A DNA stretch of 64,000 nt, from the NCBI GenBank assembly GCA_022793815.1, contig JAAWDP010000011.1, positions 89,457-153,456 of the forward strand, in the 5' to 3' direction. Positions within the stretch are counted from its first letter, which is position 1, and each line of letters opens with the position of its first letter. The position numbers were made by a program, and so were the translations under genes. Below are positions 10,261 to 18,953 of this stretch, piece by piece. Under the pieces are notes generated by a model, which was not told the DNA's origin, ran no database searches, and was given only the letters and a program-made list of their open reading frames with translations. Origin of the DNA: Clostridia bacterium (lineage in GTDB: Bacteria; Bacillota; Clostridia; Christensenellales; Pumilibacteraceae).

Positions 10261-10280
10261 TAAATTCGGAGGTCGAATCT

Positions 10281-11870
10281 GTGGATAAAATCGCGGCGCT
10301 GATAATAATAATCGTAAGCGCGTTTATGCTTACGCTGGTTTCGCATAAAATGTTTTTGATTTTTCAACTGTCCTCATACCGCGCGCGAGGAGTTTGGAAC
10401 TGGTTTAAAATCACTAAAATCGACTACATAGTGCGCTATTTCGCGCTTGCGTTTTTAAGCTTTATCGCGATGTTCGTATACGTGGCGTGCTTCTACCGCT
10501 ATGTCTACGTCCGCTATCTCGGTATGCTCGCGTTTATCGGACTCTGCATACTGTTCATTGTGCTGACTCGCAGAGAAAAAAGCAAAGTGCCGCTCAAATT
10601 CACGGCGAGAATGGTTCGGTTCAATATAGTGACGTTCATTCTTTACGCCGCGCTTGCATTGGGCGTAATGTTTGCCGCAAAGTATGTAAAGGCTTCGTAT
10701 TCGCTTATCGGGATACTCGCATTCTTTGTTCCGTTCGTGGTCACGCTTGCGCATTTTATCGTACTGCCTTTCGAAACGCTCAACAATTACAGTTATAAGG
10801 TAAGAGCAAAGGGCAAGCTCGAAACCATGCAGGAAATGATTCGCATAGGCATAACGGGCAGTTACGGCAAGACCACTACGAAAACAATACTCGCCAAAAT
10901 GCTGGAAAACAAATACCGCGTGTGCTACGGTAAAGCAAGTTACAATACGCCCATGGGTATTTGCAAGGTCGTAAACAACGACTTGCCCGACGACACGCAG
11001 ATATTCGTAGCCGAAATGGGCGCGCGTTTCGTGGGCGACATCAAGGAACTTGCGGAAATGGTGCGTCCCAACTACGGCATAATAACCGCGATAGGCAATC
11101 AGCATCTCGAAACTTTCGGCTCTTTGGAAAATATAGCAAACACCAAATACGAACTCGTGGAAAACCTCTGTCCCGGCGGCAAAGCGCTGTTCAACGGCGA
11201 CAGCGAGCCGAATATCGCGCTTTTCGAAAAAACGCAGGGAGAGAAACTGCTTACGGGCAAAGAGGGAACCGTCGGAGCGGAAGTGTTCTATAAAGACGTT
11301 ATCCAGGGCGCGGACGGCGTGGAATTTACTTTGCATATAGGCGGCAGGGACTATCCCGTAAAGACGCAAATGCTCGGCGGCTATATTCCGTCGCTCATGA
11401 CGCTGTGCGCTGCGCTGGCTTACGAACTCGGCGTAACGGCGGAAGAAATAGTTTCCACATGCGAAAAGACCGAACCCGTTCCCCACAGACTCGAACTCAT
11501 AAAAAGCGGCGACATGGTAATAATAGACGACGCATACAATGCCAATGTCGAGGGTGCGGAAAGCGCGCTTGCCGCGCTTGCGGGATTCGACGGTCGTGTA
11601 AAAGTGATAATCACTCCGGGACTCGTGGAATTGGGCAAGGAAGAAAAACAGGCGAACACCGACCTCGGCGAAAAAATAGGCAAGGTCTGTGACGTGGCGA
11701 TATTCGTCGGCGAACGCGGCAAGCAGCTCGCCGAAGGCGCAATGAAAGCAGGCATGAGCGAAGACAAAGTCAAACAGGTCGCCACGCTGGGCGAGGCGGT
11801 CGAGTTTTTGAGAGGCGTGGAGGGCAAAACGGCGGTGCTGTTCGAAAACGATTTGCCGGATAACTACTGA
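10281..11870 (+). CDS. Mur ligase family protein, MurF-like central and C-terminal domains behind a polytopic membrane N-terminus
   Basis: GTG 10281 lies 8 nt after GGAGG. About 180 N-terminal residues are strongly hydrophobic, with several predicted helices. They are followed by the P-loop GITGSYGKTTTK, NQHLETFGSLENIANTKYEL and DDAYNANVEGAESAL, which are Mur ligase/MurF-type motifs. Confidence 0.7.
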   Translation: MDKIAALIIIIVSAFMLTLVSHKMFLIFQLSSYRARGVWNWFKITKIDYIVRYFALAFLSFIAMFVYVACFYRYVYVRYLGMLAFIGLCILFIVLTRREKSKVPLKFTARMVRFNIVTFILYAALALGVMFAAKYVKASYSLIGILAFFVPFVVTLAHFIVLPFETLNNYSYKVRAKGKLETMQEMIRIGITGSYGKTTTKTILAKMLENKYRVCYGKASYNTPMGICKVVNNDLPDDTQIFVAEMGARFVGDIKELAEMVRPNYGIITAIGNQHLETFGSLENIANTKYELVENLCPGGKALFNGDSEPNIALFEKTQGEKLLTGKEGTVGAEVFYKDVIQGADGVEFTLHIGGRDYPVKTQMLGGYIPSLMTLCAALAYELGVTAEEIVSTCEKTEPVPHRLELIKSGDMVIIDDAYNANVEGAESALAALAGFDGRVKVIITPGLVELGKEEKQANTDLGEKIGKVCDVAIFVGERGKQLAEGAMKAGMSEDKVKQVATLGEAVEFLRGVEGKTAVLFENDLPDNY

Positions 11871-12592
11871 TGCGGTGCGCTCTCGTAACGGGCGGCACGC
11901 GCGGCATAGGACGCGCAGTCTGCGATATGCTTGCGGACTGCGGTTTTTCCGTTGCTTTCGCCTACAACCGCAGCGAAGCGGCGGCACGCGAAATGATAGC
12001 AAACTATCAAAGCCGCGGAATAAACTGTATAGCCGTCAAAGCAGACCTTTCCGACGGAAACGGTGCGGACAGGCTGTTGAAGTCGCTCGAAGGCTTCCCG
12101 TCGCCCGATACGCTCGTAAACAATGCGGGGATTGCGCATATTTCGCCGCTTTCCGATACGACGGACGCAGATGTGGAACGCATAATGAACGTCAATTTTT
12201 ATTCGCCGCTGAAACTTATCAGGACTTTGTCGGAAAAAATGGTTTCCCGCGGATTCGGCAGAATAGTCAATATTTCCAGTATGTGGGCGAAAGTCGGCTC
12301 GTCGTGTGAAAGCGTGTACAGCGCGTCCAAGGCGGCAATGGAGGGGCTTTCCAAATCGCTGGCAAAGGAACTGGGACAAAGCGGCATAACCGTAAACTGC
12401 GTCGCTCCGGGACTCATAGATACGGACATGAATGCGACGGCGGATTCCGCCGCTTTGGACGCCATAGTCGCGTCAACGCCGCTTGCGAGAATCGGCAAAG
12501 CCTCCGACGTGGCACAGGCGGTCAAAATGCTTGTAAGCAAAGACAGTTTCGTCACGGGCGCGGTAATTCCCGTAAACGGCGGACTCTGCTGA
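11870..12592 (+). CDS. Short-chain dehydrogenase/reductase (FabG-like)
   Basis: TGGTRGIGRA cofactor motif, NNAG, and catalytic YSASKAA. The ATG overlaps the upstream TGA. Confidence 0.8.
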   Translation: MRCALVTGGTRGIGRAVCDMLADCGFSVAFAYNRSEAAAREMIANYQSRGINCIAVKADLSDGNGADRLLKSLEGFPSPDTLVNNAGIAHISPLSDTTDADVERIMNVNFYSPLKLIRTLSEKMVSRGFGRIVNISSMWAKVGSSCESVYSASKAAMEGLSKSLAKELGQSGITVNCVAPGLIDTDMNATADSAALDAIVASTPLARIGKASDVAQAVKMLVSKDSFVTGAVIPVNGGLC

Positions 12593-12658
12593 ACCGTTTG
12601 CCGCTTACGGCGAAACAATTGCCCGAAAACATTTACTCGCGGCAAAGGAGAACGTAAA

Positions 12659-12973
12659 ATGCCGACCTCTCAAACTTTTCTCGACGGTTTGAAAAAACGC
12701 CTCGTGCTCTTGGACGACGTGCGGTTCAAGCCTATGATGGGCGAGTACCTTATGTATTACCGCGGCAAGTACGTCGCAACCGTATGCGACGAAAGACTGC
12801 TCGTAAAGCCCATGGAGTACGTGAAAGAAATGCTTGACGGCATGCCCATGGAAATTCCTTACGCAGGAGCAAAGCCCTGCTATCGGGTTACGAAACTGGA
12901 CGACGCGGAGTTTTTGCTCGAACTTTTCGATACGCTTTACGAAAACCTCCCCGCGCCCAAGAAAAAGAAATAG
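12659..12973 (+). CDS. TfoX N-terminal domain-like protein
   Basis: AAAGGAGA precedes the start. The pattern FKPMMGEYLMYYRGKYVATVCDERLLVK resembles the TfoX/Sxy N-terminal domain. Confidence 0.55.
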   Translation: MPTSQTFLDGLKKRLVLLDDVRFKPMMGEYLMYYRGKYVATVCDERLLVKPMEYVKEMLDGMPMEIPYAGAKPCYRVTKLDDAEFLLELFDTLYENLPAPKKKK

Positions 12974-13257
12974 TTCTCCGTTTCGCTGCTTAAAAAAACT
13001 GACTGTGTAAACCGCAGTCGAATCCTGAAAGAAAGATACCCGAAACAAAAGCCCCAAGTGTATCGTCGTTCCCATAAGGAATAACGATAAAGCACGAGCA
13101 AGATAGAATTAGGCGTGGCGTGAAGCTACGCCTTTTGGCTTGTATTATTTTCTGTTATGAAGCGAGGCGCAAAGTGAGCATACATACAAATCGCTTGTTT
13201 TTTGCCGTTCGATATGATATAATGACTGTACGATAAACAGTAGGAGATGAGCAAAGT

Positions 13258-14202
13258 ATGACAGAATCAAAAAAATTCTATTTCCCGACGGTTATAGTTT
13301 TATGTATTTTACTATATTTATGCGGTTGCAGTCCTAATGAAACAGATAAACATAACCATAATTTCAGTACAGTAGTTATATCGCCGACTTGCAGTAAAGA
13401 AGGATACACATTGTACACCTGCACAGCGTGTGGATTTAAGGCAAAGGGGGATTTTATTCCTGCGCTGCAAAGTGGTGGGCATAATTATGTTAATTATATT
13501 TGCACAGAATGTAACGATTTTTCGATATATGAAGTGGCAGATACAGTTACATTAAAATACGCAAAAACAATAGATGAAAATGGCAATGATGTCTATGTGG
13601 TTACGGGTGTTTCGGGAGATGTTGAATATATTAAAATTCCATCAACCCATAACGGTGTTCCCGTTACTGAAATTGAGGACGAAGCGTTTCTAAGTTCGTT
13701 GGCATTGAAACGCGTTATTATTCCGGAAAGTATTGTTTCTGTTGGTAATGCTGCGTTCAAATACTGCTTTAATCTTATCAGTGTAACTATTTTGAGCAAT
13801 GAAATTTCAATTGGCAATGATGTATTTTGGGATTGTCATGATTTAACAACCATTTCTTTTTTAAGTATTACAAATGTTAGCGATTATGCATTTATTGGTT
13901 GTACAAGTGTTGAAAAAGTAGTATTGTCTGACAAGATAAAGACAATCGGTATTCACGCTTTTGGTGATTGTTACAATCTCAAAAGTATAACTATACCGAT
14001 AAGCGTGACAAATATACTGCACGGTGCTTTTTGGAATGACTATAACTTAAAAGATATATTTTACGAAGGCACAATAGAACAATGGCATGCCATCAACAAA
14101 GAAAATGGAACTTATGCGAACACAAATGAAGACGCCTCGTGGGATGCATATACAGGTAATTATACAGTTCATTGCAGTGATGGAGATATCACAAAAAAAT
14201 AA
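13258..14202 (+). CDS. BspA-type leucine-rich-repeat lipoprotein (short paralogue)
   Basis: Lipobox LYLCGC. It has a Cys-rich N-terminal segment and repeated units of about 23 aa (IPESIVSVGNAAFKYCFNLISVTI and similar). AGGAGA SD. An extended -10 TGaTATAAT lies at 13215-13223. The stretch is visibly A+T-rich. Confidence 0.75.
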   Translation: MTESKKFYFPTVIVLCILLYLCGCSPNETDKHNHNFSTVVISPTCSKEGYTLYTCTACGFKAKGDFIPALQSGGHNYVNYICTECNDFSIYEVADTVTLKYAKTIDENGNDVYVVTGVSGDVEYIKIPSTHNGVPVTEIEDEAFLSSLALKRVIIPESIVSVGNAAFKYCFNLISVTILSNEISIGNDVFWDCHDLTTISFLSITNVSDYAFIGCTSVEKVVLSDKIKTIGIHAFGDCYNLKSITIPISVTNILHGAFWNDYNLKDIFYEGTIEQWHAINKENGTYANTNEDASWDAYTGNYTVHCSDGDITKK

Positions 14203-14262
14203 ATTAACTTATAAACTTGGCATTTATAAATTCAAATTTATCTTTCCGATAATGTATAATAA

Positions 14263-14293
14263 AAAGCTCTCGAACAATATGTTCGAGAGCTTT
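14263..14293. terminator. Bidirectional intrinsic terminator between convergent genes
   Basis: A 13-bp perfect stem AAAGCTCTCGAAC / GTTCGAGAGCTTT with a 5-nt loop. It has an A-run on the left and T-rich sequence on the right. Confidence 0.7.
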
Positions 14294-14327
14294 CTGTAAT
14301 TGCTTGTTTTAATTCCTATGGAACTAA

Positions 14328-17300
14328 TCAGTCCTCGAATTCGTCGAGGTATGCGTCGCTTTGCACAGGGGCTTTCACGGCGGGCTTCTGTACGGGTTTT
14401 TCCTCCGCTGCCTTGACGGGTTTTACTTCCGCAGGCTTTATCTGCTCGTCGGCTTTTGCCTCATTGCTTTGAACGTCGGCTTTTGCGCTTTCGCTTGAAT
14501 CTTCCTCGGCGTTTTCGTTTTCGGCTTTCTCGCTTTCGGACTCGGCAGGCTGTGCGGGTTCTTCGGATTTTTCGGTTTTTACTTCCGCACTCTTGCTGTC
14601 GTCAAACTCGTCGAAGTCGTCGTAAGCAACGCTTTCGCTATCCTTGCTCGGGGCAGGGGACGCCGTGTCGTCGAAATTTTCGTAATCGTCGTCGCTCATG
14701 TCGGCTTCCACGTTTGCGCCGTCCTCGCTCTTGGCATTGTGAATCTTGTGCAATGTGGCTTTGCGGTCGTAAGAATTCGTAACTTTGACTTCCTTCTTTT
14801 CCGCTCTCTTGTCGAGTATGCGTCTGATAACCGTACCTATAACCGCTATCAAAAGCGCAACCGCAAACAATATCGAAGGGATAAGCCACCAGGCAAGTTC
14901 GCCCGAACCCTCTTCTTCGGGATTCTCCGTATCCTCGCCGTCGCCTTCTCCGTCACCGGTTTCGTCGCCCGTGGAAAGGTCCGCGAATACGGTGTAAGGG
15001 TCGGGGTCGTCCTCGTCGTAGTCGGCATAAGCATTGTCGTAATCCACGTTGTTTATCGAGTCGAACTTGATGTCGCTTACGTAAACGCGTCCGAGGCAGT
15101 AGCGGTCGGTGTATCTGTTGTCGCCGAGCGAAACGGCAAGCCCCACATTGGCAGACTGGGAAGTCTTGACATAGAAAGTATACGTTTTGAACGTCTCGTT
15201 GTCCGTAATGCTGTCGGTTACCGTTGCCGTGCTCTTGATGTTCTTAAACTCGAAGTCTGTGTTCGTAAGGCTGATTCCGGCGCCGTATACGTTTTCGTCG
15301 TCCGTCATGGTGGAAGGCAAATCCACTTTGATTCTTACGTTCACGCGGTAGTACGAGTTTTCCGCCAGGGTCACGCTCGACACCGTCTGTATCTGGGAAT
15401 ACGCTTTTGCGAAGTTGTGCAGATACAGCACGCCGTTGTTTTGCGAATCGGGGTCGGAGCGGAAAGCGGACGGTATTTCGTCGCGTCCCGTCTGGGGCAG
15501 GGAAGTGCCGTCGAATATGCCGTAAAGCGTCGAATCGGCATTGCCGCCCGTGAGCGACCAGTTGTATGCCGTCTTGACTACACCGTTTCCGTAATAGTCG
15601 TATGCGCTCATGTCGAACTTATTGAAAGTGTAAGCCGCTTCGGTTATGTCGGCAAGCCCAATCGAACGCGCGCTGTCATACGCTTTCGCATGTACGTCGA
15701 AACTGTCGTTTTCTTCGAGAGCCTCGAATGCGACTTCGCGGACGAACAGTGTTCCCGCGGCAAGCTTGCTCTTGTTGTCCTTTCTGTCGTTGAGTCCCAG
15801 CCAGATTTCGAGGTTAAGGGTCTTGTCCGCCGCACCGCCTTCGACATAGAAGGTGTAAGTGCGGAATCCGTCGCCCGTGTCCTTTATGTTCTCTATCGTG
15901 GCGACTACGTTCTTGTCGGATTTGAGAACAAGGTTGGCGCCGTATCCCGTAAGGTTGTGTGCCTTGATTGTTGCGGTGAACTTGTACGCCGAACTTGCCG
16001 TCGCCGTTACCGAGGGGGAACGGTAGCCCACAGCCGTGTCTTCGAGCGAAGACAGCATAAGCAGATTTACTCCGCCGGGGGTGGGATTGGTTACGTTGTT
16101 GTAGTTTGCGCGGTTGGCTTCGAAATGCTCGATGTCCGTGGATATTATTCCGCTTACGGCGTCTTCGGACGAATCCACTTTCGCCGACGAGAATCCCGCG
16201 GTTTCCGCGGTGTCGGGAGCTATTTCGGTCCAGCCTGCCGGAATGAGCGGATATTTGTATTCTTCGTATTCGCCTACCGACATGAAGTTGCCGTTCGTTA
16301 CGCCTTTTTCTTCGAACGTCGGGTCGAACGTGACAATCGTGCCGTTCGAGCTGTCCGAATTGTATTTTGCGGGCGAAATCTTTTCAATCTTTACTTCGTC
16401 GTACATTACAGTACCCGAAGTTTCGCCGTCGGGCTGACCCAGCCAAAGCTCGAGCGCCGCTTCGTAATCGCGCAAGGCGGAACCCTTGATATAGAACGAA
16501 TACATCTTCCAGCCGTAGCGCATCGTGTTCGCCGTGTCGCCCGTGAGCATCGACGCGGCGACTCTCAGTTTGTTGTCGTCGTCGGTCACGCCGTTCGTGC
16601 CGCGAAGAACCGCCGTAGCGCCGCTGCTGCCGTTTATATTGTCCGTCTTGACCCAGTAGGTGAGGCGGTAGTAGGTGTTTCTGAGGAACTTATAGGAAGG
16701 CGAACGGTAGCCCACCGCCGCTTTCTGCGAGGAATGAATGAGCAGGACGTTGGAATCTCCCGCAAGGTCGCCGACGGGGGATACGGGACGCGTAGTAAAT
16801 CCGTAAATATTGTCCTCGCTCAGCGCCATGGAAGTGTTGTATATCGTGGCAAGCGAAGCGTTTGCCGTAGCGCCTTCCACGTCGGTTATTCTCGTCCAGC
16901 CGTCGAAACCGTTTTCGAAACTGCCTATTTCCGTCCCGGTGTTTTCTTCGCCCGTGTAAAGATAGGTTATGTCGCCGTCGAAACCTCCGTCGGCATTTTT
17001 ACTCGCCGTAAGGTAAGTCGCGTCCGAAGTGAAGTCCTTTACTATATAGTTATCGCGCTGACCGCCGCCGTACACGCCTGTTTCGCGCTTGTAGGTGTTC
17101 GCGGGTATCTGCTCTGCTTTTACGTTATCGAAAAACGCATAACCTTTTGCGGGATTGTAATAGGGCTTGTCCTCGTCGTCCACGCGGTCGCCGACTTGCA
17201 ACGAAAGAGTAACGCTGCTGTCGCCGACAAGGGGAGCCGCGACATAGAAGGTGTACTGTTTGAAACCGAACATATTGCTTTCGTCAAGCGACGCAAGTCC

Positions 17301-17903
17301 CTTTACGGTATTGATGTTTTTGAAAGCGACTTCTTCGGGCAGACCATTAAGCTTGATTGCCGCGCCCGTGCCTTCCTTGAAATTGCCCGTCTTGACGTAA
17401 GCGCTGACGCGGTAGAACGCGCCCGCCGAGAACGTAAGGGTTTCCGAGGTGTAAGCGTAAGCGGTATCGGTGTCCACCGTGTTAATCATAAGCACGTTGC
17501 GGTTCGTATCGGGATACTGCGCGGTGCCGAACGGGGTTTTCGGTATTTCTTTTTCGTATTCGGGATAGCGTTTCAGTTTGTAAACGTCCTCGTCCTTCGT
17601 GGCGGCGTTATAGCTTTCCGCGCTGAGGGAAACGACGCCCGAAACCGTATTGCCGCTGTTTTCGGAACCCATCGCGCCGCCGGTCCAGGAAGTGGGCTGG
17701 GAGGGAGCGGACCCGCTCGAAGATTCGAACTGGCTGTTCGACAGTGCAAGCGCGGACGGCTGAGGTTCTACGAACTCTTCCGTAGACGCCGCGTTTGCCC
17801 TGTTTACAGGCAGTCCGATTATTGAAACGGCAAGAACAATACCAATCAAAAAGACGAGTATTGCCGTCAAGTAAGTTTTGAATCCCGTTTGCGTTTTGTT
17901 CAT
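14328..17903 (-). CDS. Large type-I membrane/surface protein with four CBM-like beta-sandwich modules and an acidic cytoplasmic tail
   Basis: Signal peptide ending NRANA-AS. Four related modules each carry a xYYRVxxxVK...GA-x-I/L-x-L...F+TYTFYV pattern. A single C-terminal TM helix (WWLIPSILFAVALLIAVIGTVI) follows, then about 190 residues rich in D/E/K. The opposite-strand 1028-aa ORF is Arg-rich shadow. Confidence 0.7.
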   Translation of the reverse strand: MNKTQTGFKTYLTAILVFLIGIVLAVSIIGLPVNRANAASTEEFVEPQPSALALSNSQFESSSGSAPSQPTSWTGGAMGSENSGNTVSGVVSLSAESYNAATKDEDVYKLKRYPEYEKEIPKTPFGTAQYPDTNRNVLMINTVDTDTAYAYTSETLTFSAGAFYRVSAYVKTGNFKEGTGAAIKLNGLPEEVAFKNINTVKGLASLDESNMFGFKQYTFYVAAPLVGDSSVTLSLQVGDRVDDEDKPYYNPAKGYAFFDNVKAEQIPANTYKRETGVYGGGQRDNYIVKDFTSDATYLTASKNADGGFDGDITYLYTGEENTGTEIGSFENGFDGWTRITDVEGATANASLATIYNTSMALSEDNIYGFTTRPVSPVGDLAGDSNVLLIHSSQKAAVGYRSPSYKFLRNTYYRLTYWVKTDNINGSSGATAVLRGTNGVTDDDNKLRVAASMLTGDTANTMRYGWKMYSFYIKGSALRDYEAALELWLGQPDGETSGTVMYDEVKIEKISPAKYNSDSSNGTIVTFDPTFEEKGVTNGNFMSVGEYEEYKYPLIPAGWTEIAPDTAETAGFSSAKVDSSEDAVSGIISTDIEHFEANRANYNNVTNPTPGGVNLLMLSSLEDTAVGYRSPSVTATASSAYKFTATIKAHNLTGYGANLVLKSDKNVVATIENIKDTGDGFRTYTFYVEGGAADKTLNLEIWLGLNDRKDNKSKLAAGTLFVREVAFEALEENDSFDVHAKAYDSARSIGLADITEAAYTFNKFDMSAYDYYGNGVVKTAYNWSLTGGNADSTLYGIFDGTSLPQTGRDEIPSAFRSDPDSQNNGVLYLHNFAKAYSQIQTVSSVTLAENSYYRVNVRIKVDLPSTMTDDENVYGAGISLTNTDFEFKNIKSTATVTDSITDNETFKTYTFYVKTSQSANVGLAVSLGDNRYTDRYCLGRVYVSDIKFDSINNVDYDNAYADYDEDDPDPYTVFADLSTGDETGDGEGDGEDTENPEEEGSGELAWWLIPSILFAVALLIAVIGTVIRRILDKRAEKKEVKVTNSYDRKATLHKIHNAKSEDGANVEADMSDDDYENFDDTASPAPSKDSESVAYDDFDEFDDSKSAEVKTEKSEEPAQPAESESEKAENENAEEDSSESAKADVQSNEAKADEQIKPAEVKPVKAAEEKPVQKPAVKAPVQSDAYLDEFED

Positions 17904-17990
17904 TTCATTACACCTTTAAGTAGTTTTATCGATTGAAAGCGTTTGCGCCGCCGCATAAAGGAATAAGCGGTTATACGCGCACACCCTACA

Positions 17991-18019
17991 ATTATAATAT
18001 ATAAGGCGATTTTTTGCAA
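17991..18019 (-). promoter_or_regulatory. Putative sigma-A promoter for the 1191-aa protein gene
   Basis: On the - strand: TTGCAA (18019-18014), a 17-nt spacer, then TATAAT (17996-17991). It lies about 85 nt upstream of the ATG at 17903. Confidence 0.5.
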
Positions 18020-18096
18020 TCAAATAAATGCCATTTTTGAAAATTTACTTTCAACAATTTCTATTTTGTGTCTTGACGGGTAAAACTATTATCGTT

Positions 18097-18462
18097 ATGA
18101 AAAAGATTACAAGCATACTCACGCGTGTCGGCGGCGGCGCGCTCATAGGACTGATAAACGGATTCTTCGGCGGAGGCGGCGGAATGCTCTGTGTTCCCCT
18201 TCTCGAAAAGGTACTCGGCGTGCCCACCAAGAAATCCCATGCGACGGCTATAATGATAATTTTGCCGATAAGCATAGCCAGCGCGGTAATGTACGTGCTG
18301 AACGGCTACGCGGATTTTTCCTCTACGGTGATTGCGTCCGTCGGCGTCACGGTCGGCGGAAGCATCGGCGCGCTTTTGCTTACCAAACTCAAATCCGTAA
18401 CCGTAGGCATAGTGTTTGCCGCGCTCATGATAGTCGCGGGACTCAAACTTATAATAAGGTAG
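18097..18462 (+). CDS. TSUP (TauE/SafE) family half-size membrane protein, part 1
   Basis: 121 aa with four hydrophobic segments and the glycine-rich GFFGGGGGMLCVPLL motif typical of TSUP repeat units. Confidence 0.75.
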   Translation: MKKITSILTRVGGGALIGLINGFFGGGGGMLCVPLLEKVLGVPTKKSHATAIMIILPISIASAVMYVLNGYADFSSTVIASVGVTVGGSIGALLLTKLKSVTVGIVFAALMIVAGLKLIIR

Positions 18463-18471
18463 GAAAAACGC

Positions 18472-18915
18472 GTGAAAATAATTCTTCTCATAGTAATAGG
18501 CTTGGTCGGCGGAGTGATAGGCGGAATGGGAATGGGCGGCGGCACGCTGCTGATTCCGCTTTTGACACTGTTTGCGAAAATGGAGCAGCACAGCGCGCAG
18601 GCTCTGAATCTCATAGCGTTCGTGCCCATGTCGGCGGTCGCGCTCGCCATTCATATAAAGAACAAACTCGTGGATTTCAAACAGGTGCTTTGGATAGCCT
18701 TGCCCGCGGTTGCCGCGGGGGTCGGCGCGTCCTATCTTAGCAAAATGACCGCGGCGCATTCTCTGTCGCGGTATTTCGGAATATTTCTTGTCGCCATCGG
18801 CATATATCAAATGACGGCGGCAATAATAGGCATAGTCAAAACCGTAAAAAAGCGCAAACGCGAATTGCTTACCGTTCCGAAAGCACAGCCCCGAAAAATC
18901 TCGGGAATTCTTTAA
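18472..18915 (+). CDS. TSUP (TauE/SafE) family half-size membrane protein, part 2
   Basis: 147 aa with a GTG start 9 nt after the part 1 stop. It has four hydrophobic segments and the GGMGMGGGTLLIPLL motif. Confidence 0.75.
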   Translation: MKIILLIVIGLVGGVIGGMGMGGGTLLIPLLTLFAKMEQHSAQALNLIAFVPMSAVALAIHIKNKLVDFKQVLWIALPAVAAGVGASYLSKMTAAHSLSRYFGIFLVAIGIYQMTAAIIGIVKTVKKRKRELLTVPKAQPRKISGIL

Positions 18916-18953
18916 CAAATGCAAACAAAAGACAAAATCCTTGCAAAAAACAC

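Noticed and set aside
10098-10280. A 5' extension of the MurF-like ORF
   Set aside because: It overlaps the alpha/beta hydrolase gene in another frame. GGAGG followed by GTG 10281 gives a sensible start at the first TM helix.
13061-13136. Two small hairpins downstream of the TfoX-like gene: TATCGTCGTTCC...GGAATAACGATA and AGGCGT...ACGCCTTTT
   Set aside because: Their stems are short or imperfect and only the second has a weak U-run. I could not decide whether they are a terminator, a regulatory element or chance, so they are left uncalled.
14739-17825. A 1028-aa ORF on the + strand, opposite the 1191-aa surface protein gene
   Set aside because: It is Arg/Val/Gly-rich with no signal, motif or SD. 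This is the typical antisense shadow ORF of a GC-rich codon-biased gene. The - strand product has a signal peptide, modular repeats, a TM anchor, a promoter and an SD.
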